This document shows, piece after piece, positions 1 to 10,272 of a stretch of 53,420 nucleotides of DNA. This DNA comes from Pseudomonadota bacterium (lineage in GTDB: Bacteria; Bdellovibrionota_B; Oligoflexia; Silvanigrellales; Silvanigrellaceae), in NCBI GenBank assembly GCA_039799905.1, contig JBDLRP010000003.1, positions 1-53,420 of the forward strand. The letters run 5' to 3'. Made by a program: the position numbers and the translations under genes. Numbering within the stretch: the stretch's first letter is position 1; every line of letters starts with the position of its first letter. Under the pieces are notes generated by a model. That model worked only from the letters and a program-made list of their open reading frames with translations. It did no database searches and had not been told where the DNA came from.

Positions 1-2
1 CT

Positions 3-2984
3 TTAACGCGGAAGACCGTTCTGCCCTTTGCTCAGCTGACTTTTGATGGCTCTGTCGACAACTTTCCCGAGTGACTCAACCTGCCGTTGCTGGCCAAGAA
101 AACTCAGGTTGAGACCAATCGTCCACGTTGCGAGCCGTTCAGCAATGTCGCGGTCCTTGAAGCGCTGCAATGTGATGTCCATGCAGTCCTGAATGCCGAG
201 AAAAGTGATTTTTTGCAGTCCGCTGTATTCAAGTTCCGCACGTGCCGCCGGCTGGGGCTTGATCGTTTTCAGATACTGAACCTGAAATCTCAGCCATGCG
301 CGCGGCTGATAAGACGTGTCGACTCCCCAGATTTGTTCCTCGGGATAATATTTTTGCCCTTGTGCGTCCAAAGCCTCGGAGCGTTTCACGGATCGTGAAA
401 AATTGGCGGATAGCCCAAAGGATGACGAAATTCCGAGTGAATTATTTTGTTCTTTGAACTGACGCCACACCGGCTGCCAAATGCGAGTAGCAGACGCCGA
501 AACCGGCAGCAGCGGATATGCAGATGCACTGACAGTGCCGATGACATCGCCCCAAGGTTCCGCGCTCACCGGTGTCTGTCCTGCCTGCAGATTGCGGTTT
601 TGTTCGGCCGCAGTGCGCAGCGCTTCAAAGTTGTAGCTGGACCTCAAGCCCAGACCAATTGGGCGGGTATCGAACTTTGTCGTTCGCCGCCATGCAACAG
701 GCCTGATGGCGAGCAGTTTGTTTTCCTGTTGTCTCGACGAGGTGCGCACCTCGTCGATAAACTGCCTGAGTTCACCTTCCGCCCATTGATCAAATAAAAT
801 CTTATTCTTCTGTTGAGTGGTGATCGAAAAAAGAAATTGTCCCGCCTCCTGAGGTGATGTGGGCCGTTGACTTTTCATCAGCGAAAACAAAATATTTTCG
901 TTGGCCGGCGCTGTTGGTTGCCTCCCTGATCCGGTGGTCTGGGAATCCGCACGCTCTACGGCGCGGAATTCGTCTTTGCTCACCTGAATGTCGGTGTTGA
1001 TTCCGAATTCCAGAGTCTGACTGCGCGCAACGTTGTCGGCTGAATAAAATGTCGAATAAATATCAGGAAAACGTTCTGCACGTTGAACCTGCGGGATCCA
1101 GCGGATGTTTGCAAATGGTGTCACATTGTGGCGAATGCTTGTTTCCGACTGGTCGTTTGAACGCGTTGACAGCAGATTCGCATAAAGCGGGATGTCGGCA
1201 CCGAGGTCTGCAAGTGTGTAACTCAGTTCACCAGTGTGGGCTTGTGTTTTGTAGCTGATGCGTCCGACTTCGCCACCGCTTCTGATGTTCAAATAGGGAT
1301 TCAACGGGAAGGTATAGTTCAGCCTGAGGCGCTGTCCATCACGCGTGCCGTCACGAGGTCCACTCTCGGGCAAATCCTTGAGCGAACTCTGCACGACGTT
1401 CTCAAAAGAGGCATGTCCCTCCCACGACAGTCCGCTGTCTGCGATTGACTGAGGATGCAAAGTGAGATCAAGCCGCGGAAGGCGTGCAGGTACCTGGGTT
1501 GCATTTGCGGCAAACACATCCTCGGGACGCTGTGCCCTTATCGACAATGCGAAATTTTCCCCAGAATGCTCCAGTGCCGCATCCTGATCGACAAAGCGTC
1601 TGACGATGATCTGCGGTGTAAAGAGATCCTGAGTTGCTCCGGGTTCTTTGGTGAGATCGGAGAAATATTTTTGGTCGCTCATCTTCTCAAAGTCGAATTT
1701 GAATGCATTGCGGCGTGAGAGCGGAATATTCGACTGCGTGCTCCAAGCCCAACGGTAATCATGGGTTTTCTTTCCATCTTGTACGGCCGATTTTTGTCGC
1801 AGCAGTTCGCCGTGGATGTTGAATTTGCTCTGCTCGGAAAGCGCAGCACGAAGATCAATTTCGCCGCGCGGGCCGCGCTTGCTGAAATACGTGAAAGTCA
1901 GTGTTGAATCCGCATGCTCACCCAACGTCTGATAGTAGGGAAGACTGAACGCATCTCCGGCGCGGCTCAGGTAAAAAGACGGGAGCAGGAATCCCGATTG
2001 CCGCTTGGTTTTGATCGGCATCTTGAACCATGGGCTGTAAACGAGCGGGAATCTGCCGACCTCGAGCGTGCTGCCATAGAGGGTGATGTAATCATTCGGT
2101 TCGACGAGCGCACGTGATGCACTGAGTCCCCAAATCGGATTATCGTCCGGATCGCACCGGCAGGTGGTCAACGAGGCGCGCTCGACATCCATATTCTGAT
2201 TGGCACTCTGAAAGACGCGGTCGGCTTTCATGCTCAGATATCCAGGAACCTTCTGCAATCCAGCAATCTTCTGAGCAAGTTCAGGATCCTTGGCGGCAAA
2301 TGTACGAACGGCCTCGCGCCTGTTTTCAAGTCGTCGCCGTGCGTCTTCAGGCAGATCACGCAAGACATCGGAAGGCTGATATTTTGTTCTGACGAGTCGC
2401 TCAAGCAGCTGCGCATAGCGCGACTTCAACAGCATCTGCTTTGATTTTTTCCCGCTGTGTGCAACGTTTTGAAGATTGGCGAATTCCGCTCGGAGGTTGG
2501 TCAGCTCGCGGATGATCTCGGCAGACCTTTCCTGGCGGGCAACCTCAAATGCAATTTCGGCGCGCGAGAATCCGAGGACTTCTTCATTGACTTGTGCGTC
2601 GGTATCCTTGGGGTCGGCATAAATTTCGACGTCGTCCATGCGGGCTTCGTTGGTTGCTTCGTTGATAAGAACCCGTGACGCTGTGATTCTTTCGCGGCTG
2701 CGGACGACACGCACTCCGCCTTCGGCAAACATGGTTTTGTTCATTTTGTTGTATTCAAAAGAGTCTGCGCTCACGAAAACGTTTCCGAGCAGGATGAAGG
2801 CGTTTCCTTTTGCCTTCAGGTTGCCGGTCTCTTTGTCGAGATTTATCTCGTCGGCATCATAATAAATGGTGGATCTTCCTGTGGTCAGTTCTTGACCATT
2901 TGCGACGGCAACTCCCACAACGACCTGCAGAAGTGTCAGGGCAGACCGGCAAAAGATTTTAAAATCCGATCGCAGGATTAACAT
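3..2984 (-). CDS. lptD: LPS-assembly outer-membrane protein LptD, with two large insertions
   Basis: Signal-peptide-like N-terminus, OstA/jellyroll strands (YDADEINLD..KAKGNA), TTCRC..PIWGLSA, K-R-QSGFLLPS and FSLPYY motifs typical of LptD, barrel-like C-terminus with late Cys (QDCMDI). Lies downstream of accD-folC. The TTG start is uncertain. Confidence 0.85.
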   Translation of the reverse strand: MLILRSDFKIFCRSALTLLQVVVGVAVANGQELTTGRSTIYYDADEINLDKETGNLKAKGNAFILLGNVFVSADSFEYNKMNKTMFAEGGVRVVRSRERITASRVLINEATNEARMDDVEIYADPKDTDAQVNEEVLGFSRAEIAFEVARQERSAEIIRELTNLRAEFANLQNVAHSGKKSKQMLLKSRYAQLLERLVRTKYQPSDVLRDLPEDARRRLENRREAVRTFAAKDPELAQKIAGLQKVPGYLSMKADRVFQSANQNMDVERASLTTCRCDPDDNPIWGLSASRALVEPNDYITLYGSTLEVGRFPLVYSPWFKMPIKTKRQSGFLLPSFYLSRAGDAFSLPYYQTLGEHADSTLTFTYFSKRGPRGEIDLRAALSEQSKFNIHGELLRQKSAVQDGKKTHDYRWAWSTQSNIPLSRRNAFKFDFEKMSDQKYFSDLTKEPGATQDLFTPQIIVRRFVDQDAALEHSGENFALSIRAQRPEDVFAANATQVPARLPRLDLTLHPQSIADSGLSWEGHASFENVVQSSLKDLPESGPRDGTRDGQRLRLNYTFPLNPYLNIRSGGEVGRISYKTQAHTGELSYTLADLGADIPLYANLLSTRSNDQSETSIRHNVTPFANIRWIPQVQRAERFPDIYSTFYSADNVARSQTLEFGINTDIQVSKDEFRAVERADSQTTGSGRQPTAPANENILFSLMKSQRPTSPQEAGQFLFSITTQQKNKILFDQWAEGELRQFIDEVRTSSRQQENKLLAIRPVAWRRTTKFDTRPIGLGLRSSYNFEALRTAAEQNRNLQAGQTPVSAEPWGDVIGTVSASAYPLLPVSASATRIWQPVWRQFKEQNNSLGISSSFGLSANFSRSVKRSEALDAQGQKYYPEEQIWGVDTSYQPRAWLRFQVQYLKTIKPQPAARAELEYSGLQKITFLGIQDCMDITLQRFKDRDIAERLATWTIGLNLSFLGQQRQVESLGKVVDRAIKSQLSKGQNGLPR

Positions 2985-4261
2985 TGTGCTCCGACTTCAA
3001 ATTCCTTGAAAACGGGAAATTTAAAATGCTCCAGAGCTTCACCGATGAGGGTCAGCGAACCAAGAATCATCAACGTCCCGTTGTGTTGCGATGTCAACGA
3101 AAGTGCATGTTCGAATGCCTCGCAGGAAGTCCCCGAGACAAAAAACTGCGCACCGATATTGATGGATTTAGCATAATTCAAGAGAGTTTCTGCGGGAACT
3201 GCCCGAGCGCTCTGTGTCTGAGTCAGAAAAATGTGGTCTGCCTGTGGAATGAGCATTTTTAAGCAATCCTGCCAGTCTTTGTCTTGCAAACTTGCGTACA
3301 CGAGTGTGTGCGGTCGAGGCAGTTGTCGCAAGTCCAGACGTTGCTGAATTTCTGCAAGAAAGTATTCAACTCCATGAGAATTGTGCGCGCCATCGAGAAG
3401 GATTGGTGTCGACCCCGCTTTGCGCACATCGAACCTTCCCGGCCAGTGAAGAGTGCGCAAGGAGCGCTCAACCTGTGACGGACAGACGTCAAAGACGCCG
3501 AGTTGTCTGAGCTGGTTCAATACTTCGCTGCATATAATCGCTGCTGGCGTGCTTGCACTGTTTTCGTACTCAGCCTGGTCGGAGAGAAAAACAGGATGAG
3601 CACCGGTGACTGCGAGACCTCTTTTAACTCCACTTTTTGCGGCTGCGCCTACCCTGCCAACTACGAATGGCCGATTGCGTCTTGAGATCTGCGATTTTTC
3701 GAACGCTATCGACTCTTCGTTGTCGCCCAGCCACTCTGTGTGATCGAGGCCGACGCTGGTCAGGACACTGACTTGAGGAGAGAGCACATTCGTGGAATCA
3801 AGTCGACCGCCGAGCCCTACCTCACAGATCAGCACGTCGGGAATTTTTTCAGCAAAAATGGCAAAGCCCAGTGAGGTTATCAATTCAAAAAAGGTTGCGT
3901 CGTTTAGGACAACTTGAGCCCTGTCGAAGCACACGCGCGCCTGTTGAAGGAAATACTCCCGACTGACAGGTACTCCGTTGAGGCGGATTCTTTCTGTTGG
4001 ACAAACCAAATGTGGAGAAGTGTAGAGCCCAGTGCGCAAGCCTGCGTCGCGCAGGCATTTTTCCAGCAGTGCACAGGTTGAGCCTTTTCCATTGGTGCCG
4101 GCAACCAGGATGGTTGGAATTCTATCGAGTGTCTGAAGGATCTCGTTGCCCAGCAGCTTCTGAATACGGTGCGCGCCGGGCTCGATATGTCCGCGGACAC
4201 GCGAAAAAAGTGCCGCGACAGTCGAATCAAACGACGTGAAGTCAGGTTTTTCAGACGTCAT
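2978..4261 (-). CDS. folC: Bifunctional folylpolyglutamate synthase/dihydrofolate synthase
   Basis: VAGTNGKGST P-loop, GLYTSPHL, EVGLGGRLDSTN, WPGRF and LDGAHN motifs. Start placed at ATG 4261, which overlaps the accD stop (ATGA). Confidence 0.95.
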   Translation of the reverse strand: MTSEKPDFTSFDSTVAALFSRVRGHIEPGAHRIQKLLGNEILQTLDRIPTILVAGTNGKGSTCALLEKCLRDAGLRTGLYTSPHLVCPTERIRLNGVPVSREYFLQQARVCFDRAQVVLNDATFFELITSLGFAIFAEKIPDVLICEVGLGGRLDSTNVLSPQVSVLTSVGLDHTEWLGDNEESIAFEKSQISRRNRPFVVGRVGAAAKSGVKRGLAVTGAHPVFLSDQAEYENSASTPAAIICSEVLNQLRQLGVFDVCPSQVERSLRTLHWPGRFDVRKAGSTPILLDGAHNSHGVEYFLAEIQQRLDLRQLPRPHTLVYASLQDKDWQDCLKMLIPQADHIFLTQTQSARAVPAETLLNYAKSINIGAQFFVSGTSCEAFEHALSLTSQHNGTLMILGSLTLIGEALEHFKFPVFKEFEVGAQC

Positions 4262-5124
4262 GAAGGATGGGTGAGATCCTGTGGCGGACAAAGAATGGCA
4301 AGGATTCTGCCGATTGCATCTTTCATTTCAGCACGCTTGACGATGCGGTCCACCATTCCATGATTCAATAAAAATTCAGCGGTCTGAAAATCATCGGGCA
4401 GCTTTTGCCGAATCGTTGTTTCAATCACGCGTCTGCCTGCGAAGCCGATTGTCGCTTTGGGTTCAGCGAGATTGATGTCGCCCAGCATTGCGTAGCTTGC
4501 GGCAACTCCGCCTGTGGTCGGGTCACACATGACAGAAATAAACGGCAACCCAGCGTCACGGTGCTGAGCGACAGCGGCGCAGGTTTTCGCCATCTGCATG
4601 AGCGATAGAATTCCTTCATGCATGCGGGCTCCGCCACTCGAACTCACCATAATGACAGGCATCCGGTGAGCACGCGCACGGGCAAAAAGACGGCGGATGC
4701 GTTCGCCCACGACTGTTCCCATGCTGCCACCCATCCACGTAAAATCGAGCACGCCAAGTGCAACTGCTCTGCCTTCGAGCAATCCTGCCCCGGTGATGAT
4801 GGCATCGTAACGCTTGGTTTTTTTCCACATATTTTTCAGGCGGTCATGATATGAACGCCCGTCGTTGAATTCCAACGGGTCGGTGCTTGAGAGGTCATGA
4901 TCCCACTCGTAGAAGGTCTCGCGGTCAATCAGAAGTTCGACGCGCTCCTCACCCGGCAGGCGGGCATGAAAACCGCAGCTGGGACAAACGCGGTTGTTCT
5001 CCTCAAAGTCCGTCATCAAGACGATTTCGTTGCACGCCGAGCACTTCTCCCAAACTCCGCTTGGGATTGCCTTCTTTTCCGATGATTCCTGCAGTCGTGC
5101 CGGTTCACGTGAGAGCCATCCCAT
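4258..5124 (-). CDS. accD: Acetyl-CoA carboxylase carboxyltransferase beta subunit
   Basis: WEKCSAC..VCPSCGFH zinc ribbon, GGSMG, SGGARMHEG, PTTGGVAASYA and FQTAEFLL motifs. GGAGG lies upstream of ATG 5124. Confidence 0.97.
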   Translation of the reverse strand: MGWLSREPARLQESSEKKAIPSGVWEKCSACNEIVLMTDFEENNRVCPSCGFHARLPGEERVELLIDRETFYEWDHDLSSTDPLEFNDGRSYHDRLKNMWKKTKRYDAIITGAGLLEGRAVALGVLDFTWMGGSMGTVVGERIRRLFARARAHRMPVIMVSSSGGARMHEGILSLMQMAKTCAAVAQHRDAGLPFISVMCDPTTGGVAASYAMLGDINLAEPKATIGFAGRRVIETTIRQKLPDDFQTAEFLLNHGMVDRIVKRAEMKDAIGRILAILCPPQDLTHPS

Positions 5125-5243
5125 GGTCTCGTCCTCCCTGTTGAAGCAACGGCCGTTCTTAACAAAAGCCCATCTGGAGGTCAAAATTTTGCGCTGGGCA
5201 GCTCTGTTCAGGCGCATGGTGATAAAATCCAGCACGGAGGGTC

Positions 5244-6134
5244 TTGCGATTGCTCAACCCGTGGAAAAAGCTTTTATCCGGCATAGAACAGAACCCAGAG
5301 CGCAGTGATCTGGTCTCGGGTGTCGTCTGTTTGTGCAGGACTATGCAGAATCCAATTGAACAGTCGCGGCTGCTCAGTCAGTGCGCTGCGCTCATTTTGC
5401 AGGCGCAGCCGTTGTTGTCCCTACAGTTGCTCAGACTTGCTCTGCTCTTGGCGCCGCGCGAGGCACTTGCTCTGCAAATCGCAAAAGAAGTTTTCCGGAG
5501 GCGCGGAAGGTTTGCCGCCGAGCAGCGCGTGGGTGAGTTGCTTGCCACCTTAACGAACGCCAGCGCCGTCACTCCTGCACCCCTTGAAGTATCCGGCGGC
5601 TCGACACAAACCCGCACAACGATTGCCACGTCACTCTCTCCCTACTTCGAAGAAGGCGAAGATATACCCAAGAACGAGGTCACAGAAAGCGTGAGTTCGA
5701 CCATCAACGACACACCCGTTGAAATTGACTGGCTTTCGCCCGAGGAAATTCATTCGGCTGTTTCGTCGGTCGAACAGCCATCAGCACCACTGGCGAACGA
5801 ATCATCGGATGCGATTGACTTTATTCCGGAACAGCCCGAAGCAGATGCTGCTGCCGCACAGCCGACCACCGGTGGGGACATCTTTCTCCATTTTCTGAAA
5901 CAAGGGTCGTATGACGTGGAACTGCAGAAGTTCTCGGCAGGATTCAGCCCGAATTTTGCTGGGCTGGTGGCCTACGTAAATATGCTTTTCACGATGCGTC
6001 TGCTGGAAGAACATGAAAAGGCGAATGCCCTGATTATACTATATCGCACTATAAAGGAAAAAGACGACAACTCAGGAGCCGAAGAGCTTTTTGACCGATT
6101 GTTCATGCAACGAAAAGCTCAAAAGGAAGAATGA
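5244..6134 (+). CDS. Hypothetical protein with an N-terminal TPR-like helical region, acidic linker and C-terminal helical domain
   Basis: 296-aa ORF whose stop overlaps the tamB start (ATGA). TPR-like segment LQLLRLALLLAPREALALQIAKEVFRRRGR. Start codon uncertain. Confidence 0.6.
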   Translation: MRLLNPWKKLLSGIEQNPERSDLVSGVVCLCRTMQNPIEQSRLLSQCAALILQAQPLLSLQLLRLALLLAPREALALQIAKEVFRRRGRFAAEQRVGELLATLTNASAVTPAPLEVSGGSTQTRTTIATSLSPYFEEGEDIPKNEVTESVSSTINDTPVEIDWLSPEEIHSAVSSVEQPSAPLANESSDAIDFIPEQPEADAAAAQPTTGGDIFLHFLKQGSYDVELQKFSAGFSPNFAGLVAYVNMLFTMRLLEEHEKANALIILYRTIKEKDDNSGAEELFDRLFMQRKAQKEE

Positions 6135-9100
6135 ACATGGACCGCCTGTGGGTCATATTAAGACGCCTCATTTTTCTATTTGTTGCGGTCTTCATTTCTG
6201 CAAACGCGATTGCATATCTGATTCTCAACAACCCGTTCGTACACGATTGGTTTCGCAGGCAGGCAAATGCGACGCTGGAGAAGGCCGGTCTCGAGGTTTT
6301 TATCGGGCCTATTTCGCTGAACTTCCTCGAGACAAAACTGACCATTACGCAGATCAAACTTTCGCAGGCAGATGAAAGCAAAAAGGACTTTGCCGCAATC
6401 GGAAGTTTTGTCGTTGCATTCGACCCTTGGAGGCTTGGTGCGAATGGGGCGCCAGCGGTCAAATTTGTCAGCATTGAAGACTGGCAACTGGATGTCGATG
6501 TCATCGAAAAATTTTCACAGAAGAATGACAGCATGCAGAAACGTGAGAGCAGTTTTTCGCACCTTTTTGGAATTGCAAAAGCCTACGTCGGAAGACAGAT
6601 AGAACTGAAGAATGGACGCATATTGAAAGACAAAAACTCTCTTCGGGTTGCGGATCTGAGCTTGCAAAGAGTGTTTGCAAAATTTTCGAACTCTTACTCA
6701 GGTGACAGTCTGACCCTTCTGGCCGAGGCCGGACAGTCGCAGGTGTGTTTGTCCGAGAGCCTTCCATGCAAGAACACACTTCAAATCACGGGTGCAAGCG
6801 TCAACATCGAAATCAACTCTGACGGAACGGCACGAGTCGGTCGGGCCGACGTCAGGAGCAGCCTCGGGGATTGGCAGGTTTCGGGTCAAGTGCGCTTTGG
6901 CGAAAGAGTGCTTGTTGAAAATTACAATTTGAAACTCGAGGGTGCCTCAGATGCGACGGCTTGGTTCAACATTGTCGACATGCAGGGTCGGGGTCGGTTC
7001 AAGACGAGCGTTTATCTGAATCCGGAGGGTTCAGCGGTCACTGAAGGCCAGATGCAACGGCTGCTTCCGAGCATCCATGGACAGGTGTCTTGGGATAGTC
7101 TTCATCTTGCAGGTTATGACATCTACTCAGGGCGTGCAGATGTTCAATATTCATCAAATAATATCAGTTATAAAAATGCACAAATAAGAACGCCTTCCGG
7201 AGCAGAGATTGAATCCTTCGGAGAGTTTTCTCTGAGCGAATCCATGCCCTACATGAACACGGCAAGAATCAAAAACTTCCCCTTCTCGGAGTTGATGGCG
7301 GGAATTGATGTGCCTACCGATGCCGTGCATTTTGATATGAATACAAACGAGCTACTTGTCGGCGGTCTGATGAATGCAGACGCCCAGAAGAAATTCACAT
7401 TGGTGATCTCGGGAGCGGTTGACGTGACGCGCATGAAGGTGCCGAGCTTCGAACCAAACCCGCGACCGATGCCGGATTGTCTCGTTAATCTGAGAATCGA
7501 CAGCGATTCAAATCATATGTCGTTTGCCCGCTCGAGTGCGGCTTGTGGAATGCCCGATGAAGAAAAGTTGAGTGAGATAGATCTGGGTAAAGGGCTGATT
7601 GACTACAACAAGTCGGTGAACGACTTTCGTTTTCACATGCGTCGCGGACCAGCAGAGATAATCTCATATTTCGTGAAAGAGGATATTGCCGGTGAGCTGA
7701 ATATGCAGGCGACAATCTTCGCCTCCCCAAGTTCACCGGTCAAATTTAAGGCAGATGCACAGATTAACGATGCAAGTGTTTTTGAACTTAATGTTCCCCG
7801 TATTGGTGGCGAGATTTCGATTGATGCAGTTGGTCTGAGGGCGCGAAACGTTGAAGGCTGGCTTGATATCGATGAACAGAGGCCGAGTGTCATTGCAAAG
7901 AATTTCTACCTCGGATTTCAAAATGACAGGTTGGAGATTGACGGCAGTATCGACGGAGAGCTTTCTTACGTTTTGCGTGCTTTTGGTAAGAAAGGCAGGG
8001 AGCTCGCTCAGCACACGCGCGGAATTCTGCAGGTTCCACAGTTAAAATTGCGTGGAACTACCAGAAACCTATTGAAGTCGAATTTCGACATTCGTTTGCG
8101 GATAAACCGTTTGCAGCATCCAATGCTCTCGGCTGCAGATGTGCAGGCCGCATTTTATTGTCAGCAGGGTTGGTGTTCTGGAAGTCGCCTCTTTATGCAG
8201 GATATAGCTCTCGGAGAGACTGTACCGAAGGCTGTAACTACCTCCGGCGGCTCTGCGCGCTCAGGATTTTCCTTTTCAAAGGCAATTCTGGAAATCGATA
8301 GCATCTCTGAAAAGTCTTTATCCGCCCGTTTGGATGTGCAGTCCGTTCCATTGAAGATTCGTTATGACGAAAAGCAGATGGTGTCGGGAACTCTTGATTT
8401 GCGGGCTTCACTGCAGGGAGGACTGCGCGACTGGGAAGTCTCGGGCAATGGCCGGTTTGACAACCTGAGTGTTGGAAGGACTTCATTCGGTTCGCTCTCC
8501 TTCAATGCACTCTCGCATAGCGGCGGACCTCTCAATATTAACTTGACCGGTCTCTATGATCAGGTTCAGGCGCGGGTGATTTTCGATCATGATTTTGAAA
8601 AATCAACGCAGATTTTTACGAGTTTGAGATCTTTCGAGGTATTCAAGTACCTGCCTTTCCAAAATCAAGGTGCATTGCGTGTGTCGGGCTTGTTGAGCTC
8701 GAATTTGAGTGTCTCTGCGCCCGGATTGAAGACGATACTTCGCTCAGGCAACTCTGTTCTGCAGGAATTGAATGGCTCAGGACAGCTCGATCAAATCCGC
8801 GTTCAGCTCGGCAGCGAGAGCTTTGTGCTCGCCGAACCGGTGCGTTTGTCGATGGATGACGGAGTTGTTTCTCTTTCCGGGTTCAAACTGGTCGGATCTT
8901 CAAGCAACATGACCGGCTCGGCCCAGTATGAGTTGGCCAGCAGTCACTTCAATGGCCGAGTGGACGGTCAGATTGATGCTGCGATTTTCTCGCAACTGAC
9001 CGACTTCATTTCTCAGTCATCTGGAACCGTTTTGGTCAATAGCAGGTTTGAAAAAAATGAGGATGGCACTTCAGTCAGTGGTGAAGCGCGTGTTGACAAC

Positions 9101-10270
9101 GTCACACTCGGCGGAAAATATCTTTCACCGCCGCTGACTGCTCTCAATGGCAGGCTGGTCTTTGAGGATTCACGCATCGAGATTCCTGCCTTAAATGGAG
9201 CAAAGGGGAACGGACAGGTCGATATTGCAGGCTCGGTCGAGTTTGCATCTGATTCAATTGAATCCCAAATCACACCCAATATCTCGTTGCGTACAAACTT
9301 GCGCGGCGCACAATTCAGATGGCCTCAGGACTTTTTTGAGACGGTCGATACAACAATTGATGGTCAGATAGAGGTTTCTGGCTCAGCCCAGCCTTACCTC
9401 ATCAGCGGAGACGTAAGGATAACAAAGGGTCGGGCATACCGTGATGCCACATGTCAGGAGATGATCGGTTCGGGGACCTCAGGTTCCGATGCTTCGATCG
9501 CCAAGCCCCAGAAACCATCTGTAAATCTCAACATGAATATTGAGGCTGACAACAGCTTCACACTGCAGAGCAACTGTATACGTGGACGGATATCCACTGG
9601 TCTTCGACTCAGCGGAACCAACATTGAGCCGATACTTGCCGGCCAGATGCGTCTAGACAATGGTGTTTTGAATCTGCTCAAAACGCGTTTTGAGGTCACT
9701 CGTGCGGACGCAACCTTCGACAACATAGTCAAGATTGAGCCGCGGCTGGATGCGCAAATGGTCGCAAAAATTGACAAATATAGTGTGTTTGTCGGCGCCG
9801 AGGGTCCGCTGTCGAAGCCTCGGCTCAACATTTGGAGTGATCCATCAACGGGTCCCGACGGCAATCCCCTCTCGCGGCCTGCGTTGATCCGTATGATTTC
9901 TACCGGACGTGGACCTGCGGAGACAACGCAAACGGCTGTCACTCAGGCGTTGGCCAATCAGGTGGTTGGTCTTTTTGATGATCCGCTCAGTCAGGCAGTT
10001 TCCAAGATTACACGTGGCTTTGTCGATCGTTTCGAATTGCAGCCGATTGTCGAGGGTGGTCAGAGCAGTTTTCGTGCACGTGCGAGCCGTGACCTCGGCG
10101 AGAAATTTAATCTCGGTCTCGATTATGAGCCAAACCGTCAGTCATTGACGGGAACAATTTTCATCAATGAAAGCGTCAATGTTCTTGGTGGATTTGATCG
10201 TCGTTCGTCGCAGATCGGATCCTATTCTGAGTTATCGGGCGGCATCAGATTTCAATTCGGAGGTAAATAA
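6131..10270 (+). CDS. tamB: TamB/AsmA-like translocation and assembly module protein (DUF490 C-terminus)
   Basis: N-terminal TM anchor and long beta-taco-like repeats. C-terminal DUF490-type motifs (LRLSGT..P.L.G, P.LD..., G.LSKPRLNIWSDP). Adjacent to an Omp85 gene. Confidence 0.85.
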   Translation: MNMDRLWVILRRLIFLFVAVFISANAIAYLILNNPFVHDWFRRQANATLEKAGLEVFIGPISLNFLETKLTITQIKLSQADESKKDFAAIGSFVVAFDPWRLGANGAPAVKFVSIEDWQLDVDVIEKFSQKNDSMQKRESSFSHLFGIAKAYVGRQIELKNGRILKDKNSLRVADLSLQRVFAKFSNSYSGDSLTLLAEAGQSQVCLSESLPCKNTLQITGASVNIEINSDGTARVGRADVRSSLGDWQVSGQVRFGERVLVENYNLKLEGASDATAWFNIVDMQGRGRFKTSVYLNPEGSAVTEGQMQRLLPSIHGQVSWDSLHLAGYDIYSGRADVQYSSNNISYKNAQIRTPSGAEIESFGEFSLSESMPYMNTARIKNFPFSELMAGIDVPTDAVHFDMNTNELLVGGLMNADAQKKFTLVISGAVDVTRMKVPSFEPNPRPMPDCLVNLRIDSDSNHMSFARSSAACGMPDEEKLSEIDLGKGLIDYNKSVNDFRFHMRRGPAEIISYFVKEDIAGELNMQATIFASPSSPVKFKADAQINDASVFELNVPRIGGEISIDAVGLRARNVEGWLDIDEQRPSVIAKNFYLGFQNDRLEIDGSIDGELSYVLRAFGKKGRELAQHTRGILQVPQLKLRGTTRNLLKSNFDIRLRINRLQHPMLSAADVQAAFYCQQGWCSGSRLFMQDIALGETVPKAVTTSGGSARSGFSFSKAILEIDSISEKSLSARLDVQSVPLKIRYDEKQMVSGTLDLRASLQGGLRDWEVSGNGRFDNLSVGRTSFGSLSFNALSHSGGPLNINLTGLYDQVQARVIFDHDFEKSTQIFTSLRSFEVFKYLPFQNQGALRVSGLLSSNLSVSAPGLKTILRSGNSVLQELNGSGQLDQIRVQLGSESFVLAEPVRLSMDDGVVSLSGFKLVGSSSNMTGSAQYELASSHFNGRVDGQIDAAIFSQLTDFISQSSGTVLVNSRFEKNEDGTSVSGEARVDNVTLGGKYLSPPLTALNGRLVFEDSRIEIPALNGAKGNGQVDIAGSVEFASDSIESQITPNISLRTNLRGAQFRWPQDFFETVDTTIDGQIEVSGSAQPYLISGDVRITKGRAYRDATCQEMIGSGTSGSDASIAKPQKPSVNLNMNIEADNSFTLQSNCIRGRISTGLRLSGTNIEPILAGQMRLDNGVLNLLKTRFEVTRADATFDNIVKIEPRLDAQMVAKIDKYSVFVGAEGPLSKPRLNIWSDPSTGPDGNPLSRPALIRMISTGRGPAETTQTAVTQALANQVVGLFDDPLSQAVSKITRGFVDRFELQPIVEGGQSSFRARASRDLGEKFNLGLDYEPNRQSLTGTIFINESVNVLGGFDRRSSQIGSYSELSGGIRFQFGGK

Positions 10271-10272
10271 TC

